Positions 14,786 to 24,540 of a stretch of 64,000 nt of DNA are shown one piece after another. Position numbers and translations under genes: made by a program. Location: IMG/VR virus record IMGVR_UViG_3300020459_000007. One strand, written 5' to 3'. The stretch is from an uncultured virus (IMG/VR IMGVR_UViG_3300020459_000007) (Duplodnaviria; Heunggongvirae; Uroviricota; Caudoviricetes). The notes beneath the pieces are model-generated. The model ran no database searches and was not told where the DNA came from. It was given only the letters and a program-made list of their open reading frames with translations. The stretch's first letter is position 1. Every line of letters starts with the position of its first letter.

Positions 14786-17088
14786 TAGAGTTTACATGAT
14801 TCGCAGTCTTCATCTGCTGTTTCCATTTCTGCTAGTAAACTTTCTAGTTTACTTTTCTTCTCTTCTATGACCTCATCACCATCTTTCTTAGCATCATATG
14901 TATTCTGGTAGTAAGAAGTCTTCCAACCATATTTGTATGTGGTTAGTAGGTCAGTTGCCATGACAGAGGTTGGCACTTCACCATTAGGATAGTTCTCTGG
15001 ATTGTAACTCCAGTTGCCTGAGATTGCTTGATCAAAGAACTTCTGTATGACTGCTGTAACTTTTATGTATCCATCGTTGCTTTGCATATCCCACAACAAC
15101 GTGTAGTTGTTCTTTAGATACGGATAGCCTGGAACAATCTGCTTAAGAGGTCCTTTCTTGGACTTTTTAATGGACAGATAATCTCTTGGTGGTTCGATTC
15201 CATTGGTGGCATTTGACACAACGGAACTGCTTTCTGATGGCATCTGTGCGGACAGTGTGCTGTGTCTGAGCCCGTAAGCGAGTATGTTCTCCCGTAAATT
15301 TCCCCAATCAAGTGAAAGGTCATTTGGTGTAATGTCATCTACATCCTTTTTATAAGTATCTATCGGAAGTATACCGTCAGAGTACTTGGTGTGAAAGAAA
15401 CCTTCACATGCACCCTTCTCTTTTGCTATGGTGTTAGATGCTTTTAACAAATAGTATTGGAAATGCTCAGTCAAATCATGTACTAACTTCCATGCTTCTG
15501 GTGAATCATACTTAACTTTGTTCTTAGCAAGGTAGTGTGCTAGTCCTATGTAACCTACACCTAATGATCTACGTGACTTTGTACTGATTTCAGCAGCACG
15601 AACTGGATACTCTTGGTAGTCAATCAGTTCTTCTAGTCCACGTACAACAAGGTCACTAAGTTCTTCCATGTCTTCTAACTTAGTGAGTTTACCCACGTTG
15701 ATAGCAGATAGAATACACAATGCTATCTCTCCTTTACTGTCATCTATATGATCTATAGGTTCAGTAGGTAGAGTTATCTCTTGACATAGGTTACTCATGT
15801 TCACCTTGTCTTTGAATGATGAGTGATCATTACAGTGGTCTATGTTCATGATGTAGACACGACCTGTCTCTGCTCTCTCTTTAAGTATTGCTAGGATTAA
15901 ATCCTGTGCATTGACCTTACCCTTAGGTATATTAGGATCATTCTCATACTGAACATACATTTCATCGAATGCATCAGTACCAAAGGCATCATATAAACCT
16001 GGTACATCATGTGGTGAGAAGAGACTGATGTCTCTGTTAGCAATGAACCTCTCATAGAATAGTTTAGAGAACTGTATACTGTAATCAAGTTTCCTTACTC
16101 TGTTGTCTTCGGTTCCTTTGTTGTTCTTAAGAACAATTATATCTTCTATTTCTTGGTGCCAGATTGGGAAGTGGACAGTTGCTGATCCACCACGCACGCC
16201 ATTTTGTGTGCAGCATCTGACAGTTGATTCAAACTTTTTGAGAAACGGGACAACACCTGTGTGCTGCACTTCTCCACCCCTGATTTTAGAGTTGATCCCA
16301 CGGATCCTACCTGCGTTGATGCCGATACCTGCCCTTTGTGCAACATACTTACCAATAGCCATATCGCTGCTGAAGATGCTATCCAAGGTGTCATCACAAT
16401 CAACCAGAACGCAAGACGCAAACTGCCTGATTGGGGTTCTGACTCCTGCCATGACTGGTGTTGGGATGTTGATCTTGTGCTTTGAGATTGCGTTGTAGTA
16501 TCTTCTGACATAATCGAGTCTCTTTTCTTGTGGATAATTTGCAAATAATACAGCAGCGATCATAATATACATCTGCTGTGGGGTTTCGTACTTCTCTCCT
16601 GTACTTCTATCTTGAACTAAGTACTTGTCAAAGACTTGTCTTAGACCTGCATAGGTAAAGAGGAAGTCACGGTCGTAGTCTATGTAACTATCTATTTCCT
16701 TCCACTCATCTGCACTATACTTTGTGATGATATTAGGATCATACACACCTTGCTTAATACATTTTTCTATATGCTCACTGAGTGGTGGTGCTGTGTCTGG
16801 GTGTCCATGAACAGACTTCTCTAGTCCAAACAGTAACAGTCTAGCAGCGACGTACTGATAGTTGGGGTGATCTAAATCTATTAGATCTGATGCAGACTTC
16901 ACTAAGATCTCTTGGATCTCGGAACTCTTGATACCATCGAAAAACTGAAGACCACTACTTATTTCTACTTGTGATGCTGCTACATTTGCCAGTCCATCAC
17001 AGGCAAACTCAACCATTCTATGTACTTTCTCTAGGTTGATCTGTTCCTCAGTGCCATCTCTCTTGATGACTTTAATTCCGTTGCTCAT
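14785..17088 (-). CDS. nrdA: Ribonucleotide reductase class Ia alpha subunit
   Basis: ATP-cone VIKRDG, QFASCVL, SNLCQEI, KTSYY, C-terminal CESCKL; no intein or intron evident. Confidence 0.98.
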   Translation of the reverse strand: MSNGIKVIKRDGTEEQINLEKVHRMVEFACDGLANVAASQVEISSGLQFFDGIKSSEIQEILVKSASDLIDLDHPNYQYVAARLLLFGLEKSVHGHPDTAPPLSEHIEKCIKQGVYDPNIITKYSADEWKEIDSYIDYDRDFLFTYAGLRQVFDKYLVQDRSTGEKYETPQQMYIMIAAVLFANYPQEKRLDYVRRYYNAISKHKINIPTPVMAGVRTPIRQFASCVLVDCDDTLDSIFSSDMAIGKYVAQRAGIGINAGRIRGINSKIRGGEVQHTGVVPFLKKFESTVRCCTQNGVRGGSATVHFPIWHQEIEDIIVLKNNKGTEDNRVRKLDYSIQFSKLFYERFIANRDISLFSPHDVPGLYDAFGTDAFDEMYVQYENDPNIPKGKVNAQDLILAILKERAETGRVYIMNIDHCNDHSSFKDKVNMSNLCQEITLPTEPIDHIDDSKGEIALCILSAINVGKLTKLEDMEELSDLVVRGLEELIDYQEYPVRAAEISTKSRRSLGVGYIGLAHYLAKNKVKYDSPEAWKLVHDLTEHFQYYLLKASNTIAKEKGACEGFFHTKYSDGILPIDTYKKDVDDITPNDLSLDWGNLRENILAYGLRHSTLSAQMPSESSSVVSNATNGIEPPRDYLSIKKSKKGPLKQIVPGYPYLKNNYTLLWDMQSNDGYIKVTAVIQKFFDQAISGNWSYNPENYPNGEVPTSVMATDLLTTYKYGWKTSYYQNTYDAKKDGDEVIEEKKSKLESLLAEMETADEDCESCKL

Positions 17089-18077
17089 ATTTTCCAATTT
17101 GATAGTTGTAACTTTGCTTTTAATCCTTGGTACACGTTAGATTGTACCACACTTTTTACATTAACACCACTATTAGCCATGTCATTGAGGTCTTTCTCCT
17201 CTATATGACTTGGCCAAATGACTACTTTATCTCCACTGTCGATTGACTTGGAGAGTTTGTCGGTGATTTGTTTGCTCCTAGGTTCATTATCATAAACCCA
17301 AATATAATCGCTCCAATTAAACGACCGAATATCAACATCGGAACCGCACATAGCAACCGAGTTCTCCAAGAAGAAGGAGTCGAAAGGTCCTTCGACAATG
17401 TAGATTGTTTCATTTTTGTTTATGTGATCTAGTCCGTATAGTTTGGGTGCATCCTCATCGAGCATGACCGTGATGTATCTCATCTTTGCATTTGGAGACA
17501 AAGATCTACCTTGAAAACCTATAAGATTTCCATCAGTATCATTCAGTGGTATAATAATTCTCGCTTCATCGTTAGTGGTATCAGGGAATGTCTGCTTCTG
17601 TGTGTTACTCCATTCCTTAAACTTAGGACAGTAGTACAATCGGTCTAATTTGTTCTCTGGGATACCTCTATCGAGGATATATTTTTTCGCTAGGTGAAAA
17701 TTATTTAGACAAGAAAGAGGTTCCAGATCTACGGTTCGTTTCTTGAACTTTGGTTTGGAAACAAACTGTGACAGATCTGGTTTAGAAACGTTACCACCTA
17801 TGGTTCCCTCCTTGTATCTCTCCATTACATACTGGTCATACACATGAGGAGCATTGTCCTTTAAGAAGTTAGAAAAAGACCTTGTGACACCACAGTTGTG
17901 GCATTTAAACACATGGTCTCCCTTGACTGAGAAGATATATCCTCTAGTTTTGTTTCTATGTTTCTTACTGTCACCACAGTAGGGACATCTGAATGTCCAC
18001 ACACCTGGTTTTAGTTTCTTATACTTCTGCAGTGTTGCAGATGCCAGATTGAGATATTTTGTATCAATATAACTCAT
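17085..18077 (-). CDS. gp61: DNA primase (T4 gp61)
   Basis: CPYCGDS...CHNC zinc finger; TOPRIM VEGPFDS, YDNEPR, KDLND. Confidence 0.95.
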   Translation of the reverse strand: MSYIDTKYLNLASATLQKYKKLKPGVWTFRCPYCGDSKKHRNKTRGYIFSVKGDHVFKCHNCGVTRSFSNFLKDNAPHVYDQYVMERYKEGTIGGNVSKPDLSQFVSKPKFKKRTVDLEPLSCLNNFHLAKKYILDRGIPENKLDRLYYCPKFKEWSNTQKQTFPDTTNDEARIIIPLNDTDGNLIGFQGRSLSPNAKMRYITVMLDEDAPKLYGLDHINKNETIYIVEGPFDSFFLENSVAMCGSDVDIRSFNWSDYIWVYDNEPRSKQITDKLSKSIDSGDKVVIWPSHIEEKDLNDMANSGVNVKSVVQSNVYQGLKAKLQLSNWKI

Positions 18078-18625
18078 ACTTCAAACTTAGGCATGCTAGT
18101 AGTAGGAGTATACCATCCTGTCAAGATATACTTGTCTCCACTAAGAGGAGGGTTGCCCCTATGAACATGATCCCATGAACCTGGCCACAGTAATGCAGTA
18201 TTTCTGGTAGGTTTGAACCTCTTCCTTTGATATAAGAACTCTGTCTCTCCACCTTCATCTACATCGTTGAGGTAGATCATCCATGCTATTGCTCTATTAT
18301 TGTTAACCCAACCCATACTCTCACAGTGCCACTCATGGTATCCTTCACATGATGAAGTCTTCTGAAGCAATGTGTTCGCACTCGTCCACTCAGGATGCCT
18401 TGAGAGATATGGATGTCTCTCTAAGTAATCCTTTAGGGTAGCACTCAGTAAACTTTGGTTCACTTGTGCTGCTAAGTCAGGCCAAAAGGGTTCTAAGGAC
18501 AGTTGTTTGTCCTGTTGAGTAGTATTAGACCTCACATTATATTGTATGTTCTGATCTATTAGAGAGAGTAAACTCCCTATAAGATCCTCAGGCAGTACAT
18601 CAGAGTACTGTTGAATAAAATTCAT
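18074..18625 (-). CDS. 2OG-Fe(II) oxygenase (prolyl-hydroxylase-like)
   Basis: GYHEWHCE...MIYLNDVDEGGETEF...HRGNPP...KYILTGW. Confidence 0.88.
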   Translation of the reverse strand: MNFIQQYSDVLPEDLIGSLLSLIDQNIQYNVRSNTTQQDKQLSLEPFWPDLAAQVNQSLLSATLKDYLERHPYLSRHPEWTSANTLLQKTSSCEGYHEWHCESMGWVNNNRAIAWMIYLNDVDEGGETEFLYQRKRFKPTRNTALLWPGSWDHVHRGNPPLSGDKYILTGWYTPTTSMPKFEV

Positions 18626-19016
18626 TCACTACAGGTCTTGCATTTAGTACTGTAGCAGACGCTGATCCGTTTGTCAAGATGGGTTTAATTATTTTTTGTC
18701 CGACTGGACTAACCAAGAAAGATATAATAGCAAGACCACCAAAGATAGACCACATTTTCTTTTCCATCGTCCTAAGACGGTCATCGACTTTTCTGATGTC
18801 TCTCTCGCATCCTTTTTTGATTTCATCTGTCTTGCGGGTGACTTCTCGGTGGACACTATCTACTTTCTCAAATAATACTGCGTCAATCCTATCCTGTTTG
18901 TCTAGCTTCTCATTATGCACAGCAAGAAGTTGACCCATCTTCACAGAGTTCTCTTGGAGTTTATGCACTACCTTCTCCAGTCGTTCTATTATTGCTGCGT
19001 TGATGTTCTCTGCCAT
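18600..19016 (-). CDS. Coiled-coil protein with C-terminal TM segment
   Basis: LAVHNEKL coiled coil, WSIFGGLAIISFLV; ATAAATA late box at 19042-19048. Confidence 0.75.
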   Translation of the reverse strand: MAENINAAIIERLEKVVHKLQENSVKMGQLLAVHNEKLDKQDRIDAVLFEKVDSVHREVTRKTDEIKKGCERDIRKVDDRLRTMEKKMWSIFGGLAIISFLVSPVGQKIIKPILTNGSASATVLNARPVVNEFYSTVL

Positions 19017-19040
19017 CTTACAATAGGTATTTCCACTGAA

Positions 19041-19778
19041 TTATTTATTACGGAGTGTGTCTTTAGGTACCAAAACGTCCAAGAGTATACAATATCGAGG
19101 GTGTTTCAACCTGTTTACTACATGATGGGGAACTCTGCTGTAAAAAAATAGGTCAACACCTGTCCTGATGTCATGCTTATCCTCATGCTTAGGAGTTCCG
19201 ATACCAATGTAACACTCTTCATCAAACCCCACTCGTACATCTAAACCAATCAACCCTCTGATCAACATAGTATCCTTAGTCTCTGGGTCTTTATCCACAT
19301 GCCATGCCAAACCAGTAGTCGGATCAGTCACACTGATAGCTGTTCTACTAGTGATACCTGCATCACGTAGATGCTTAGTCAACTTAGGTAGCACCAAACA
19401 GTTCTTTGTATATCCTATACCATTCTCATCAACTCTATCCAGTAAGATATCATCTGTCCCTGTACATTGATACACCCCTTTAGGATCCTCTTTAGTCCCA
19501 TGATCATCTGTATATCCTAGGTTACCCCAGTCGATAGATGGATGTTTCTCTGCATATAGACCTGCAACCTCCCAACCCTCGTATGCTTTGTATACCCAGT
19601 CCTTCTGGTATCTCTTAAGTCCATAGTTCCATGAGTTCCATACAAGTTTGTCCTTATTGTCAAGGAACTCTTGTCTTATCGCATCAAAATCATCTAAAAG
19701 ATACTTAAGTCTGGGACAGATGTCCTCATGTGTCCAGAATTTATCAAACCAAGTCCTACTCACCACCAAAGCCTCCAC
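19041..19778 (-). CDS. Aspartyl/asparaginyl beta-hydroxylase-like oxygenase
   Basis: FDAIRQEF...WHVD...HHVVN...RYCILLD. Confidence 0.75.
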   Translation of the reverse strand: MEALVVSRTWFDKFWTHEDICPRLKYLLDDFDAIRQEFLDNKDKLVWNSWNYGLKRYQKDWVYKAYEGWEVAGLYAEKHPSIDWGNLGYTDDHGTKEDPKGVYQCTGTDDILLDRVDENGIGYTKNCLVLPKLTKHLRDAGITSRTAISVTDPTTGLAWHVDKDPETKDTMLIRGLIGLDVRVGFDEECYIGIGTPKHEDKHDIRTGVDLFFYSRVPHHVVNRLKHPRYCILLDVLVPKDTLRNK

Positions 19779-20641
19779 TTACCATCACACTTAAGTCCAT
19801 GTCCTTGGAATGTAATCCTATAATCACCCTTCTTAAACTTATCTCCTAGTATCATCTGATGCATAATCATACCAGAGTACCAGAATGAATGCCCTTCTAG
19901 ATGTGGGATGACATGTGGTATGAAAGGATCTAGATCACCATCACCATAAAAGAGTTCGTCATACTTCCATGGTTCCTCAAGGTTCTTTAGTTGCTTTATC
20001 TCCTTGACGTATTGTACGTTCTCATATCTTTTTATTATATCCTCACCATTCTTGAGAGCATTTGCCTTATCATTAAACTCTTTAGGTAAATTCCACATAG
20101 CAATACCTGCACCACTGTGGGGTAACTTGATACTAAATGTATAACTCAACTGGTTTTTGAAGTCTACCTTTTTAAATTTCTCCTGAAAAAACTTCCTAGC
20201 ATACCACCACTGTCCATCATAGTGGAGACATCTATGGTGTTTTATATCACTGGTTGCATCATCAAACTCATAGATGTGAAAACCAGGTAAACCAAGTCCT
20301 TCAGTGTATTCTGCCTCTCCTATTTCTTTTTGTATTTCTACTAGAAACTTATCATATAACCACCCTAGACGCTTCCACAAGACACGGTTATACATTTTAT
20401 ATAACTTAGTATAGAAGTCCCAACCCTTATCTCTAGCATCCATATAGAGGGCAGCACCCAGAGTATAGTAGTGCACGTATGATTCTATATCATTGTCAGA
20501 TCCTGTGATTTCAAATGCAGGATGCCAGTTAGTCCTAGGCAACCAGAGTTTCCTCATGGATATGAGCTCATTAAATACGTCCCCAGTCTCCTCAGGTGTT
20601 AGGACTTGTATTCTATTAAAGTCTAAAAGTATATTTTCCAT
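19760..20641 (-). CDS. 2OG-Fe(II) oxygenase-like protein
   Basis: PGFHIY...LHYD...HQM...RITFQGHG; paralog of 20623..21456. Confidence 0.78.
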   Translation of the reverse strand: MENILLDFNRIQVLTPEETGDVFNELISMRKLWLPRTNWHPAFEITGSDNDIESYVHYYTLGAALYMDARDKGWDFYTKLYKMYNRVLWKRLGWLYDKFLVEIQKEIGEAEYTEGLGLPGFHIYEFDDATSDIKHHRCLHYDGQWWYARKFFQEKFKKVDFKNQLSYTFSIKLPHSGAGIAMWNLPKEFNDKANALKNGEDIIKRYENVQYVKEIKQLKNLEEPWKYDELFYGDGDLDPFIPHVIPHLEGHSFWYSGMIMHQMILGDKFKKGDYRITFQGHGLKCDGKWRLWW

Positions 20642-21456
20642 ATGCCATCACACTTAATCCCATGTCCCTGTAAAGTAATTCGTCTGTCACCTGGTTGTAA
20701 TTTATATCCAGGAATAATTTGATGTAAGATATGTCCGACATGATAGAATAATTTACCTACTGTGTACGGTACTACCATAGGTTTCGTGTCGTATATAGGA
20801 TTGTATTCAAACGGTAGAGATCCATTCTCCCAGAACTCCTTACTCTCTCTGGGATCAATATCTTTCATGTGTTGTTTGATATATGTATCCTTATTCTCAT
20901 CACCTTGGAAATTGAAGTTGTCAATCTGTTCTGTATCCAACTTCAACCAATCCCATAACCATAGTCCACCACCATGTGTGGGTAACTCTATAGGTAAAGT
21001 AAATGATAATTGATCCTCTAAGTCAAACTCATCATATGTTGTCCAGTAATTCATGTGTTCTTTGTACTGTATGTCCACATGAAGAGATGCTAATGGTTTC
21101 TCAAACCTCCTAGCACACTCAGGATCTGATACCTGACCTGGTTTATGTCCGAAGATATGAAAACCAGGATGACCTAGTTCATCTACGATCTCACAAGGAC
21201 CGAACTGCGTAGCTAACTTGTCTAGTAATATATCATACAACCATGTAAAATGCTTCTTCAATACAGGGTTCATGACTTTCCTGTGACGGTGGTACTTTTT
21301 AATACTCTCACAACCTTCCATGTATGTACATGCACCGACAGTAAAAAAATCCATAGGGTCAGGTGCCCTACGGATCCATACTTTTTCTAGTTTCTCGACT
21401 AAGTTTATTGTTTGTTTGGTTTGATCTTCACTTAATACATTAATATACCCAAGCAT
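20623..21456 (-). CDS. 2OG-Fe(II) oxygenase-like protein
   Basis: PGFHIF...LHVD...HQI...RITLQGHG. Confidence 0.78.
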   Translation of the reverse strand: MLGYINVLSEDQTKQTINLVEKLEKVWIRRAPDPMDFFTVGACTYMEGCESIKKYHRHRKVMNPVLKKHFTWLYDILLDKLATQFGPCEIVDELGHPGFHIFGHKPGQVSDPECARRFEKPLASLHVDIQYKEHMNYWTTYDEFDLEDQLSFTLPIELPTHGGGLWLWDWLKLDTEQIDNFNFQGDENKDTYIKQHMKDIDPRESKEFWENGSLPFEYNPIYDTKPMVVPYTVGKLFYHVGHILHQIIPGYKLQPGDRRITLQGHGIKCDGIWKIYF

Positions 21457-22160
21457 TACATAGACATAAACGTGGTCATTATCTCTTTACTATCGGGAAG
21501 CATCTTAGCAAATGCATCCTTATGATCTTCAGATAACTGATTGAACCTATCTATTATAACAGTTGCTTCTGCCTGTGTCAACTCCATTTCAGTCTCATCA
21601 TAGAAGAAATAGGTTGTTGGGTTAGTATTATTACTCTCAATCTGTTCACATAATGACTCTAGGTACACTAGACCATCACCAAACTCTTCTTTCTTCAACT
21701 GAGTTGATAACTTCTTCTGTCTATCCTTTGCTTTCTTCTGGTAGTCAGATGATTTGGCACGAGATATCATTTGAATTTCTTGCTTACGTCCAGCAGCACG
21801 CTTCTCACGCTCTTGCTTCTTCTGAACCTTACGTTTCTGTGAAATAAATTTGTAAGCCTGCTTGGTGTTCTCACCGCCACTGCTAGTCTTTTCTTCTTCG
21901 CGAAGTACTGTTTCCTCAGCCATTTTCTTTTTCTTAGTTAGACGTTTAATAAGTTTTCGAGCCTGTTTACTCCTACCATCTATGTAGGTTGGATCCGCTT
22001 TCCGATGCTCCCACTGTTTACCAGCAGACTCCATCTTCTTCCTCTTCTTCACTGCTCTCCTATGGAGTTTCATGATAGGATCAAAGCCCGCAATAGCACC
22101 TTGTCCTGTAGTAGGTGTATTAATAGGACCTTTATTAGTGATACCCATTGCACCCATCAT
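21456..22160 (-). CDS. Highly charged hypothetical protein (possible internal virion protein)
   Basis: AGFDP and DGRSK motifs; alternating basic/acidic blocks; late operon. Confidence 0.7.
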   Translation of the reverse strand: MMGAMGITNKGPINTPTTGQGAIAGFDPIMKLHRRAVKKRKKMESAGKQWEHRKADPTYIDGRSKQARKLIKRLTKKKKMAEETVLREEEKTSSGGENTKQAYKFISQKRKVQKKQEREKRAAGRKQEIQMISRAKSSDYQKKAKDRQKKLSTQLKKEEFGDGLVYLESLCEQIESNNTNPTTYFFYDETEMELTQAEATVIIDRFNQLSEDHKDAFAKMLPDSKEIMTTFMSM

Positions 22161-22528
22161 ATCTGTTTAAGCTCCTCTAAGATACACTCATTAACTGCAA
22201 TCTCATGGAGACTGCTTGTTTCTAGTTCAGGGTACTTGTTTAAAAATACCATGATTGCCTTTATATCTGACCAGTAATCTCTCTCCATTTTATAGAAGAG
22301 TAGTAGTGGTGCAGCGTCACCAAAGACGTTGTATATAATTATGATATGGTTCAAAAGAAGATTGAGTTTGACCTCAGTTCCTTTGTGGTATTTCTTGAGG
22401 AGACGTTTAATATATTTAAAACGTCTCATGTCCTCAAAGAAATCTTCCTTTGTAGCAGCCTGTGGATTATCATAATGTTTAATAGCAAAGAGGACGTAGT
22501 TGTCCTCGTTCAATTCATCAAATCTCAT
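22157..22528 (-). CDS. Conserved T4-like cyanophage hypothetical protein
   Basis: FAIKHYDNPQ...RFKYIKRLL...LLLNHIIIIYNVFG. Confidence 0.8.
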   Translation of the reverse strand: MRFDELNEDNYVLFAIKHYDNPQAATKEDFFEDMRRFKYIKRLLKKYHKGTEVKLNLLLNHIIIIYNVFGDAAPLLLFYKMERDYWSDIKAIMVFLNKYPELETSSLHEIAVNECILEELKQI

Positions 22529-22531
22529 ACA

Positions 22532-23395
22532 TTATGCTCTGTCTGTAACAGTTAGAGTTCCTACTGTACTGGTCTTTGTAACACCACCGATGCTGTTGTT
22601 AACAACACATCTGTATTGTGCTCCATTGTCAGCAGCAACTGTAAGTCCTGTAAGGGATCCAGTGTTTGCTGAAGTCTTGCCAGCCAAGTCTTGGAAGTTG
22701 GTTGAACCAGACTCTGCTCTCTGCCATTGGTATGTAAGAGATGCACCTGAACCTGTAGATGATGCTCCACTCAATGTGAATGTAGCAGCAGCTGTTGCAG
22801 CAACAGTGACTGTAAGAACAACAGCAGCACCGCCACCACCACCAAGTGATGCGTCAGCAATTGTTATTGTCTCGTTGTCAGCGTAACCTGTACCACCAGA
22901 TGTCTGTGTGACTGTAGGTGTTCCGTTTGCAGCAACTACGACTGAGAAGTCAGCACCTGTTCCAGATGCGTTACCTGCAGCGTTAGTTACAGTGTATGTT
23001 CCAGCTGTTCTTGAACCATCAGCAGCACCGTTAGATGTAAACGTTGCAACAGCACCCGCAGGAGCGAATGTTGTGATAGATGCAACTGTACCTGGTGTGA
23101 TTACGGATGTAATATCTGCTCCGATCGTATCATCAGCTTGTGTCTCACTTGCGTTTGCCTCAGGACCTGCAATAGAAACTAACATCTCTGATTTAGTACG
23201 GGTCTTACCGTGCATGTCAGTATATGTGTAGAAACTATGCCAACCTGGTGAACTAACACCACGTGCTTTGTTCTCAGCTAGTTGTGCTTCTGTGTCATCA
23301 ATGAAGACGATTGTTTTTGTGTTTGAACTTGCAGCTACACCAATACCCGCTTTGGTTTTATTGGCGTTACTGTCGTCCTTACCATAAAGCGACAT
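22532..23395 (-). CDS. Virion structural protein with C-terminal Ig-like domain
   Basis: MSLYG...PGW N-terminus, GTGY repeat-like segment, LTYQWQ...YRCVV Ig signature; ATAAATA late box at 23431-23437. Confidence 0.75.
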   Translation of the reverse strand: MSLYGKDDSNANKTKAGIGVAASSNTKTIVFIDDTEAQLAENKARGVSSPGWHSFYTYTDMHGKTRTKSEMLVSIAGPEANASETQADDTIGADITSVITPGTVASITTFAPAGAVATFTSNGAADGSRTAGTYTVTNAAGNASGTGADFSVVVAANGTPTVTQTSGGTGYADNETITIADASLGGGGGAAVVLTVTVAATAAATFTLSGASSTGSGASLTYQWQRAESGSTNFQDLAGKTSANTGSLTGLTVAADNGAQYRCVVNNSIGGVTKTSTVGTLTVTDRA

Positions 23396-23433
23396 GGCAA
23401 TCTCCGATTTTTTAAAAGTTGTCTATATTTTAT

Positions 23434-23619
23434 TTATTCAAGCAGTGCTTTCTCTAGTGCTGCGACTAGTTGATCATCTACTTTGTTGCCCGATTTAGCA
23501 GCAGCTTTTTTAAGGATGCCGATAACGAACTTCTTAAGTGTCTCTTCTAGATCCTCTGGGATCTTATCTACCGCTTTGTTTATTACGTTGATTGCGATAG
23601 GTAGTAGGAATTTAGTCAT
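23434..23619 (-). CDS. Small amphipathic helical protein (NKVDD)
   Basis: ORF in the late region. Confidence 0.7.
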   Translation of the reverse strand: MTKFLLPIAINVINKAVDKIPEDLEETLKKFVIGILKKAAAKSGNKVDDQLVAALEKALLE

Positions 23620-23640
23620 AATTAAATTGCAATTGTTACA

Positions 23641-24342
23641 TTATATAGCCAGTTCTTCCTCCCATTTCTCTATAAATATACCCCTTTCCTCTAGTTGAGA
23701 CAGTGCATAGTCCATAATCACCACAATTCTGTCGTGTTTACCGTTATGTTGTGCCCAATGCTTGTCATGATCATGGAATGCAAAGAGTTCTCCTACCTTC
23801 CATGTTCTTTTACGTCCACGTACACTCAACCATGCACCATCATCTTCAATGATAGGGTAGTGGAGTCGTAAAGAATCTATGTCACCGCTATGTGGATTGA
23901 TCTTTGTACCTGGCGATAGCTTACTTATAGTACATGACTTAAGTAACTGTCCATCTACATCTTCTTTGATAGCATTGTAGAATGTAGGACACAATTGTTC
24001 CATACTCTCAGTCAATTTCGGTAGTACTTCTTGTACCTTTTCTATCGTAGTATTAAATAACTCAACGAATGATACCATCTCGCTGAGTTCAAAGTCTTCT
24101 TCTGTTGCTGTAGTACCTACAGGATTAAGTGGCATAGGGATCACTGTCCATGACCCATCCCATAGTTGTACTCTACCCATATTTCTATCTTCTACCCACT
24201 TGTCAAGCACCCACTCGTTTAAGATGGGTTGATTGACCTCCACAAATTTTATGATCTCTGGAATGATCTGTCTATATTGATTTTTGAGATTACGAAATGA
24301 GGATAGATCAGAGATCACATCCTCTTGCCAAATTTTTCTCAT
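23641..24342 (-). CDS. Aspartyl/asparaginyl beta-hydroxylase-like oxygenase
   Basis: SKLSPGTKINPHSG...LRLHYP...WKVGELFAFHD...H...RIVVIMD. Confidence 0.85.
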   Translation of the reverse strand: MRKIWQEDVISDLSSFRNLKNQYRQIIPEIIKFVEVNQPILNEWVLDKWVEDRNMGRVQLWDGSWTVIPMPLNPVGTTATEEDFELSEMVSFVELFNTTIEKVQEVLPKLTESMEQLCPTFYNAIKEDVDGQLLKSCTISKLSPGTKINPHSGDIDSLRLHYPIIEDDGAWLSVRGRKRTWKVGELFAFHDHDKHWAQHNGKHDRIVVIMDYALSQLEERGIFIEKWEEELAI

Positions 24343-24345
24343 ACT

Positions 24346-24540
24346 CTAAACGTTTATTATATTCGGACAACCTTTACTTCCGTGTACTGGACATTCTACA
24401 CCTTCTTTGGTGTGATTGCAAGTCATCTTCTTTACCTTCCCAGTCTTCTCGTCAACCTTAGGTGCTGGTTCATTACCATGTTTACGACCATCGGGATCCT
24501 CCATCGTAGGCATCACCTCGACAGTCCCACTTACTTTTTT
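24346..24540 (-). other. Probable -1 programmed frameshift site and 62-codon extension frame (VSGTVEV...CNHTKEGVECPVHGSKGCPNIINV)
   Basis: GAA AAA AAG TAA puts the slippery A_AAA_AAG (24540-24534) at the stop of the upstream gene; hairpin at 24528-24493; open -1 frame to TAG at 24346. Confidence 0.65.

Noticed and set aside
13592..17088. Introns, inteins or homing endonucleases in nrdA/nrdB (also psbA, gp43, gp41)
   Set aside because: Reading frames are continuous and of ordinary length
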